DNA of 32,000 nucleotides from Okeania sp. (GTDB lineage Bacteria; Cyanobacteriota; Cyanobacteriia; Cyanobacteriales; Microcoleaceae): NCBI RefSeq assembly GCF_035285525.1, contig NZ_JAYKGW010000154.1, positions 1 to 32,000 of the forward strand, read 5' to 3'. Shown piece by piece: positions 27,201 to 32,000 of this stretch (position 1 is its first letter; each line of letters starts with the position of its first letter). The notes under the pieces were generated by a model. It saw only the letters and a program-made list of their open reading frames with translations, ran no database searches and was not told where the DNA came from. The position numbers and the translations under genes were made by a program.

Positions 27201-28452
27201 TCGTGCTGCTGGCCCGAAAGTAATTATTGGTGATGTGAAGACAAATGGGCAAGGCAAACCAGTATTAAATGTGCTGGAACCTTATGCAGAAGGAGAGGTA
27301 ATGGTTCGGGGTGCTTGCGTTACTGCCGGATATGAGTTACGAGAATGGATGGATTATAATCCCAATGAGGAAGCTTTTATTGACGGTTGGTTGAGAACTG
27401 GAGATAAGGGTTACAAAGACGAAGATGGTTATGTTTATCTGGTAGGAAGGTTCAAAGAAATTATTAACCGAGCCGGGGAAAAAATTAGCCCGATGGTGGT
27501 AGAGGATGTATTGCAGCGCCATCCCGCAGTCGGACAGGTAGTTGTGTTTGCTGCTCCCCATGAACTTTTGGGTGAAGTGGTGGGAGCTGCAATAGTGCCA
27601 GTTCCTAATCAACCACGACCAACTCTGGCAGCATTACGGCAGTTTGCCATGAAGGAAAAAGAACTAGAAACCCAATGGTTGCCAGAATGCTTGGTCTGGA
27701 TGAGTGCTATTCCTAAAGGTCTGACTGGAAAACCTGCTCGTATAGGTTTAGCCAAAAGGTTAGAGTTGCCGACTTTGACGACTGATGTGACGAAATCGCC
27801 CCGAACTTTTGTAGCAACAGAAGGAGCGGATGGTAAGTATGTTTTAGAAACATTAGAACATCAAATTGAGAATGGTAAAGGAGGTTGTCAGAGTTTACAA
27901 CAGTTGACAGTTTATTTTACTTCTAAGACCACAGAATTTTCTCTCAGTAAGTTAGAGGGTTTGGAAGTAAGCGATCGCTTTGGTACTCTGAGTAAAATTC
28001 TGCCTTCTGCTTTCGTGCAGTTAGAAAGATTACCATTAACATCTGATGGAAAACTAGACCGGAAACGGTTACAAAGCCATGAAAAAAATGGTAGTTCTCC
28101 AACTGTACAACAAGGAAATAAAACTGAGCAAAAAATTGTTGCTATTTGGAAGGAGGTACTGCAAATAGAAGAAGTTGGAATTTATGATAACTTTTTTGAG
28201 CTAGGAGGTAAGTCTGTTCTACTGATACAAGTTTATGGCAAGTTACAAGAAATATTTGATATGAGTAATTTGAAAGTTGTTGACTTGTTAGCTAACCCAA
28301 CTGTTCATTCGTTAAGCGAATTTATTGTCAGTGGTGGTGCAACTGAATTAGATAAAAAGATCAAAGTTAGTTATGAGAAACGTGTAAGTAAACGTCTCTC
28401 TAAGAAAAATGAAAGGGTTAATATGCGGAAGAAACTCCGTGCTAACAGATAG
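24076..28452 (+). CDS. NRPS-like protein with atypical architecture: docking - C - orphan Asub - ANL (oxalyl-CoA-synthetase/Pcs60-like) ligase - orphan Asub - PCP
   Basis: 1458-aa uninterrupted frame, translationally coupled to PKS1. The motifs are listed in the domain features below. Confidence 0.9.
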   Translation: MKLTEILSQISSQGIKLWAEGDELKIRAPKGALTTETRDLLSKNKLELLHLLQEKSSNVSATSVPLVYVGRDKDLPVTYQQERLWTIDQLMGNKLNLNVSTALKIEGLIDIPLLQKSWNEIISRNESLRTIFSFAEGSLIQVIVPSLDSKISVIDYQGLSKTEQERAISEIIEKEAEQYLDLSQGPLVHLKLLRCSETEGVLILVSHHIISDGLSHNFIFREHILLYDSYLSQKPSPLPELDIQYGDYSVWQRQLLQGEVLQKGIDFWKQELANISTLYPVPSDIFQVSPGFKAIKKNFSISMTTWPLIQKVSNQYSVTPVVIFLSVFYVLVFQYSLKQDIVVGLPVSGRLHHKLESAIGYFTDSILLRGKIPDSSITFKELLKKVKEVTIKAYANQHIPLNFVSEFLNKQNNQQYRNLFQIFFDYIDFGGKEKIESPNMTGTILEEKFPTDIDLFFLLLKYEHELKGSFAYNPDLFEEETITGFIDSFLLLLEKAINAPETKINDLEISENLAKRKTEIHSQSRKINLIETALKSIPEVKESAILNRDNQLVAYLVIEDNYSVEKVKYFLESYLDSDFLPKAYVPVSSLPKTESGEIDEAVLTSLEVIDSELINLWEQKLRSHPEIEEVAVVVQRKEAYPVIESRGLETKPYLVSKPYPGTPDYPIQLTQENIPDTAPGEVDEIAASVEFKTWADLLPGTDEPAIYSTDGRQPLTHSQLKDFVKCPPDNASLSYLGIKITDRVCAAMDNGPEAATAFLSLAQQCVFAPISTSLTEKQVQFELEDLGAVALVLQRGEANSRENAKLKACAESLGVRVIELIPDASVCGLFTLEEVTTNQENHQPITAEDNKPTRDHVALVLHTSGTTRKPKTVPLTHGNLTAGSLTISRTIQLTPEDTCINIMPLFHIHGLSVNILASMLAGASVLCTPGLYATENGVGDFFKWLKPDEIGEGKKITWYSAVPTMHQAILEYAEQTITEIGKAPDHSLRLIRNCSAALLPAIVDRMATAFNCEVLPTYAMTESMPICSPEVGKGLLKRGSVGRAAGPKVIIGDVKTNGQGKPVLNVLEPYAEGEVMVRGACVTAGYELREWMDYNPNEEAFIDGWLRTGDKGYKDEDGYVYLVGRFKEIINRAGEKISPMVVEDVLQRHPAVGQVVVFAAPHELLGEVVGAAIVPVPNQPRPTLAALRQFAMKEKELETQWLPECLVWMSAIPKGLTGKPARIGLAKRLELPTLTTDVTKSPRTFVATEGADGKYVLETLEHQIENGKGGCQSLQQLTVYFTSKTTEFSLSKLEGLEVSDRFGTLSKILPSAFVQLERLPLTSDGKLDRKRLQSHEKNGSSPTVQQGNKTEQKIVAIWKEVLQIEEVGIYDNFFELGGKSVLLIQVYGKLQEIFDMSNLKVVDLLANPTVHSLSEFIVSGGATELDKKIKVSYEKRVSKRLSKKNERVNMRKKLRANR
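24283..25590 (+). other. Condensation domain (approximate bounds)
   Basis: C1-like TYQQERLW and an intact HHIISDG at 24694-24714. About 435 aa in length. Confidence 0.85.
25651..25884 (+). other. Orphan adenylation C-terminal subdomain 1 (A8-A10-like) with no preceding A core; the A10 Lys is replaced by Glu
   Basis: KINLIETALKSIPEVKESAILNRDNQLVAYLV...FLPKAYVPVSSLPKTESGEIDEAVL. GAA at 25864-25866 stands where the invariant Lys of ..NGK.D.. is expected. Confidence 0.65.
26009..26052. repeat. 44-nt compound palindromic dispersed repeat inserted in frame in the NRPS-like CDS
   Basis: GTAGGGGTTTGGAGACCAAACCCTATTTGGTCTCCAAGCCCTAC encodes ..SRGLETKPYLVSKPY... The same GGGGTTTGGAGACCAAACCC hairpin occurs in intergenic DNA at 7311, 7541, 7780, 9483, 9715, 28477 and 28720. 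Confidence 0.85.
26131..27770 (+). other. Complete ANL-superfamily ligase domain resembling the oxalyl-CoA synthetase / Pcs60 / AAE3 clade (approximate bounds)
   Basis: LVLHTSGTTRKPKTVPLTHGNL (26659-26688 core); MPLFHIHGL; ITWYSAVPTMHQAIL; LPTYAMTES; TGDKGYKDEDGYVYLVGRFKEIINRAGEKISP; IPKGLTGKPAR (Lys at 27730-27732). The clade assignment is from memory of family motifs, not from a search. Confidence 0.7.
27880..28072 (+). other. Orphan adenylation C-terminal subdomain 2 (A9-A10-like), Lys retained
   Basis: QQLTVYFTS...LSKILPSAFVQLERLPLTSDGKLDRKRL, with AAA at 28051-28053. Confidence 0.65.
28123..28335 (+). other. Peptidyl carrier protein domain (approximate bounds)
   Basis: EQKIVAIWKEVLQIEEVGIYDNFFELGGKSVLLIQV, with Ser at 28213-28215. 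It is followed by a very basic tail, KKIKVSYEKRVSKRLSKKNERVNMRKKLRANR. Confidence 0.8.
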
Positions 28453-28875
28453 GGAGTAGGGAGGTTCCATAGAATCGGGGTTTGGTCTCCAAACCCTTTC
28501 TATACTGAGAAACCGGGTTTGTAATTTCAGTTATCAGTTATTAGTACATTGAAGCTTTTGCCAGAGACTTGAAACACTGAATTGAAATTTTTTTATCCCC
28601 TTGAAAAGGGCATTATATCAAATCCGCTTGCTACGGTTCCCGAAAAATTGGAGAACAAGGTTATAGCATCAGAAAAGAGAGAAAACTCCTAGTTTGTAGA
28701 GGGTGCGGTTCCCGAAAAATTGGAGACCAAACCCCTAAGGTCTTGAACTATACCGAATACTAACGGATTTAATATTAGAACTAATTTTTAGATAATTTAG
28801 ATATTTCCAAATACTGAGATTGACTAAAACCAAACCGGTTTCTATACTAAAATTTATAAGATCAGAATAAATATT
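28453..28875. repeat. Repeat-laden spacer between the NRPS-like gene and PKS2
   Basis: ATAGAATCGGGGTTTGGTCTCCAAACCCTTTCTAT hairpin at 28470-28504; CAGTTATCAGTTATTAG heptamers; CGGTTCCCGAAAAATTGGAGA direct repeat at 28634-28654 and 28706-28726; GAAACCGGGTTT / AAACCGGTTTC motifs. Confidence 0.85.
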
Positions 28876-31800
28876 ATGAATCAACCAGAAGAAGCACAAC
28901 AGCAATATAATGATAATGAAATTGCTATCATAGGAATGTCTGGGCGTTTTCCAGGGGCAAGAAACTTGGATGAGTTTTGGGATAATCTCAAGAATGGTGT
29001 TGAATCTATCTCATTATTATCAGATAAACAATTAATAAAATCTGGTGTTGCCCCCGAAATACTCAATAATCCTAGCTATGTAAAAGTCGGTTCTACGGTT
29101 TCAGACATTGAAATGTTTGATGCTAACTTTTTTAACTACAGTCCCAGAGAAGCAGAAGAAATAGATCCACAACAACGACTTTTTTTAGAGTGTGCTTGGG
29201 AAGCAATCGAAAGTAGTGGTTATAATCCAGAAAAATATGAAGGTTCCATTGGGGTTTATTCTGGCAGTGGACTGCCCACCTATTTAATGTATAACCTCGA
29301 AGAACAAGATTTTATTCTCCTGGGTAATCGCTACTTTACCCAAATGGTGGCTAATGACAAAGATTACTTAGCAACCCGCACCGCTTACAAACTAAACCTT
29401 ACCGGACCAGCAATCACTATTCAAACAGCTTGCTCAACATCATTAGTTGCCGTACATTTGGCTTGTCAAAGTTTGCTCAATGGAGAATGTGACATGGCTT
29501 TAGCAGGTGGTGTTTCCATCCAAGTCCCTCAAAATGTGGGATACTTACATCAAGAGGGATTGATCGGTTCTCACGATGGTCATTGTCGTGCCTTTGATGC
29601 TAAAAGTTCGGGAACAGTTTTTGGTAATGGTGTGGGAGTTGTGTTACTGAAACCACTTCCAGATGCTATAGCAGATGGAGATATTATTCATGCTGTGATT
29701 AAGGGTTCGGCGATTAATAATGATGGTTCTTTGAAACTAGGTTATACTGCTCCCAGTGTAGATGGTCAAGCAGCAGTTATTTCTGAAGCTCAAGCTGTCG
29801 CGAGTATAAGTCCAGAAACAATTACATACATAGAAGCTCATGGTACGGGGACAGAATTAGGAGATCCCATTGAAATTGAAGCTTTAACCAAAGCCTTTTC
29901 CGAAAGCACCGATAAAAAACAATTTTGTGCTATAGGTTCCCTGAAAACAAATGTGGGACACATGAATACGGCAGCAGGGGTAGGAGCATTGATTAAAACT
30001 GTTTTGGCTCTCAAACATAATTTAATACCTCCCAGTCTCCACTACGAAAAACCTAATCCCCAAATTAATTTTAGCGATACTCCCTTTTACGTCAACAATA
30101 CTTTATCTGAGTGGAAAGGGAACGGCATTCCTCTACGAGCTGGAGTTAGTTCTTTTGGAATAGGTGGAACTAACTCTCACGTTGTGTTGGAAGAAGCTCC
30201 CACTCTGGAGAAAGCAGAAGATGATTTACCACGTCCGGTTCATATATTAACTTTGTCAGCAAAGACTGACACAGCTTTATCAGATTTAGTCGATAGTTAT
30301 CATCAGTATTTAAAGAGTAATCCAGATTTAGATATAGGAGATGTTTGTTTCACTGCTAATACAGGAAAAGTTCATTTTCACCACAGATTAGCAGTTGTTG
30401 CTGCCAACCAAACAGAATTAATCGAAAAACTAGAACAGTTAAAATCAGTAGGGACGTTGTATGCAACGTCCCTACCTGGTATCTGTTCTGGAAAACTGTT
30501 AATGAATGCTGCTCCTCCTAAAGTCGCCTTTCTATTCACTGGTCAAGGTTCCCAATATCTCAATATGGGCAAGGAATTATACGAACAAGCACCAGTTTTC
30601 CAAGCAACACTTGATGAATGTGATGAAATATTAGGGGAACTTGGTGTCACCTCCATATTAGAAATTATCTATCCTGATGCAGAGACATCACCCCTAGACC
30701 AAACAGCTTATACCCAACCGGCTCTATTTGCTATAGAATATGCTCTAGCCAAATTATGGGAATCTTGGGGCATTCAACCAGATGTAGTTATGGGTCATAG
30801 TGTCGGTGAATATGTGGCAGCAACAGTGGCCGGAATATTTAGTTTAGAAGATGGTCTAAAATTGATAGCAGCAAGGGGTCAGTTGATGCAAAAGTTACCT
30901 GCTGGTGGAGAAATGGTGGCGGTGATGGCATCAGAAGCAAAAGTCAAAAGTCTCCTTACACCTTATAGAGAAAAAGTAGCGATCGCAGCTATAAATGGAC
31001 CCAAAAGTGTGGTAATTTCTGGTGAAGCGACAGCAGTAAGGGAAATTGTTAGCAGTTTAGAATCAGAAAAAATCAAAACTAAACAATTACAGGTATCTCA
31101 CGCATTCCATTCACCATTGATGGAACCTATGTTAGCAGAATGGGAAGCAGTAGCTCAGGAACTGACTTATAATCAACCAGAAATTCCGATTATATCGAAC
31201 GTTACCGGAACAATAGCAGACGCAAGTATTACAACACCAAAGTATTGGGTAGATCATGTACGTTTACCAGTAAGGTTTGTTGACGGTATGAATGCTTTAG
31301 ACAAACAGGGGGTTGACATTTTCCTAGAAGTCGGACCAAAACCAATATTGCTGGGAATGGGTCGCCGATGTTTACCTAAAGATGTGGGTGTTTGGTTGCC
31401 ATCATTACGTCCTGATGTAGGGCAGTTTTCTGAGATACTTTGTACTTTAGGAGAGTTATATGTGCGGGGTGTAAAAGTAGACTGGGTAGAATTTGATGGA
31501 GAATATATTCGTCAGAAAGTGACATTACCTACTTACCCATTCCAGCGACAAAAATACTGGCTCGATAACTATTCACGGGGAGCAAGTTCGGCTTCAGTTA
31601 ATCGGGATCGGAGTTTGATCGCTGAGGAGGAAATATCCAATTCTTTATTAGGTCGTAAATTACCTTTACCCTTTGCCCAACAATTTCGCTTTCAGACTAA
31701 ATTAACTCCTGAGTTTCCTTCTTATGTAAAAGACCACAGATATTACGGCAGAATAGTTGTAGCTGGTGCATCTCACATTGTTTTTGGTTTGCTAGCGGGT

Positions 31801-32000
31801 AAAGAAGCACTAAAAAGTGAGTCTTGCATTGTAGAAAATATTGAGTTTTTGCAGATATTGGGAGCAGATGAAACTTCTAGTCGAACAGTGCAGATAGTCC
31901 TAGATCGAGAAAAAGATACAGAATATACTTATCAGTTGATCAGTTGTGAAGCAGGAACAGAATATGACCCATCAACAACTTGGACGGTTCATATTAAAGC
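28876..32000 (+). CDS. Type I polyketide synthase 2 (KS-AT-DH...), 5' partial; continues beyond the window end
   Basis: Not in the ORF track because there is no stop before 32000. My translation from ATG 28876: MNQPEEAQQQYNDNEIAIIGMSGRFPGARNLDEFWDNL... stays open to the window end. Confidence 0.9.
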   Translation, partial: MNQPEEAQQQYNDNEIAIIGMSGRFPGARNLDEFWDNLKNGVESISLLSDKQLIKSGVAPEILNNPSYVKVGSTVSDIEMFDANFFNYSPREAEEIDPQQRLFLECAWEAIESSGYNPEKYEGSIGVYSGSGLPTYLMYNLEEQDFILLGNRYFTQMVANDKDYLATRTAYKLNLTGPAITIQTACSTSLVAVHLACQSLLNGECDMALAGGVSIQVPQNVGYLHQEGLIGSHDGHCRAFDAKSSGTVFGNGVGVVLLKPLPDAIADGDIIHAVIKGSAINNDGSLKLGYTAPSVDGQAAVISEAQAVASISPETITYIEAHGTGTELGDPIEIEALTKAFSESTDKKQFCAIGSLKTNVGHMNTAAGVGALIKTVLALKHNLIPPSLHYEKPNPQINFSDTPFYVNNTLSEWKGNGIPLRAGVSSFGIGGTNSHVVLEEAPTLEKAEDDLPRPVHILTLSAKTDTALSDLVDSYHQYLKSNPDLDIGDVCFTANTGKVHFHHRLAVVAANQTELIEKLEQLKSVGTLYATSLPGICSGKLLMNAAPPKVAFLFTGQGSQYLNMGKELYEQAPVFQATLDECDEILGELGVTSILEIIYPDAETSPLDQTAYTQPALFAIEYALAKLWESWGIQPDVVMGHSVGEYVAATVAGIFSLEDGLKLIAARGQLMQKLPAGGEMVAVMASEAKVKSLLTPYREKVAIAAINGPKSVVISGEATAVREIVSSLESEKIKTKQLQVSHAFHSPLMEPMLAEWEAVAQELTYNQPEIPIISNVTGTIADASITTPKYWVDHVRLPVRFVDGMNALDKQGVDIFLEVGPKPILLGMGRRCLPKDVGVWLPSLRPDVGQFSEILCTLGELYVRGVKVDWVEFDGEYIRQKVTLPTYPFQRQKYWLDNYSRGASSASVNRDRSLIAEEEISNSLLGRKLPLPFAQQFRFQTKLTPEFPSYVKDHRYYGRIVVAGASHIVFGLLAGKEALKSESCIVENIEFLQILGADETSSRTVQIVLDREKDTEYTYQLISCEAGTEYDPSTTWTVHIK
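28918..30197 (+). other. PKS2 ketosynthase domain (approximate bounds)
   Basis: IIGMSGRFPGA; QTACSTS with Cys at 29431-29433; EAHGTGT; KTNVGHMN; GGTNSHVVLEE. Confidence 0.9.
30448..30475. repeat. 28-nt palindromic dispersed repeat GTAGGGACGTTGTATGCAACGTCCCTAC, in frame in the PKS2 KS-AT linker
   Basis: Encodes ..S-VGTLYATSL-PG... A near-identical copy is intergenic at 9764-9791. The paralogous PKS1 linker (KQGEEVTGICSGK) lacks it. Confidence 0.85.
30523..31400 (+). other. PKS2 acyltransferase domain, malonyl-type motif (approximate bounds)
   Basis: FLFTGQGSQ; GHSVGEY with Ser at 30799-30801; VSHAFHS. It is highly similar to the PKS1 AT at the nucleotide level. Confidence 0.85.
31640..32000 (+). 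other. PKS2 dehydratase-like domain, N-terminal part only, with divergent motifs
   Basis: SLLGRKL stands where HPLLG is usual. KDHRYYGRIVVAGAS (His at 31735-31737) has Ala where the motif Pro is usual. The domain is truncated by the window. Confidence 0.5.

Noticed and set aside
14962-32000. The cluster as a recent horizontal acquisition.
   Set aside because: The cluster genes carry HIP1 octamers (for example around 15603, 18523, 19130, 20666, 27970 and 30976) and the same dispersed repeats as the housekeeping suf region. There is no flanking integrase, tRNA or IS in view. The composition looks similar by eye, though I did not compute it.

Overview
This window looks like chromosomal DNA from a filamentous Nostocales-type cyanobacterium. 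That is an inference from about 13 copies (by eye) of the HIP1 octamer GCGATCGC, many tandem heptamer arrays, and a divergent sufR/sufBCDS layout.

Left third (1-9.2 kb): a 5S rRNA gene with no 23S upstream (-), a small ORF and sufR (-), then sufB, sufC, sufD and sufS (+). The sufBCDS junctions are 0.5-1 kb long. They are filled with heptamer arrays, MITE-like elements, hairpin repeats and a frameshifted four-helix-bundle pseudogene. Two CAAC-N6-GTTG SufR-type operators lie in the sufR/sufB spacer.

Middle (9.8-14.9 kb): a DUF4177-like ORF, a cytochrome-b561-like membrane protein and a beta-lactamase-fold serine hydrolase (-). These are followed by an AT-rich island with two small Lys-rich ORFs interleaved with MITEs that carry 5-bp target-site duplications.

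Right half (15-32 kb): a biosynthetic cluster I could not match to any product.
- A GT4 glycosyltransferase.
- A roughly 2550-aa fully reducing type I PKS (KS-AT-DH-cMT-ER-KR-ACP).
- A translationally coupled 1458-aa NRPS-like protein.
- A second PKS (KS-AT-DH...) that runs off the window.

Main candidate for something new: the NRPS-like protein has an intact C domain and PCP but no NRPS adenylation core. Instead, a complete oxalyl-CoA-synthetase/Pcs60-like ANL ligase sits between two orphan A-domain C-terminal subdomains.

Other notable points:
- The PKS1 KR has His where the catalytic Tyr is expected.
- Small palindromic dispersed repeats are inserted in frame into both the NRPS-like gene and the second PKS.
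- A heptamer array lies in frame inside sufR.

All family assignments come from motif recognition by eye. No searches were run.
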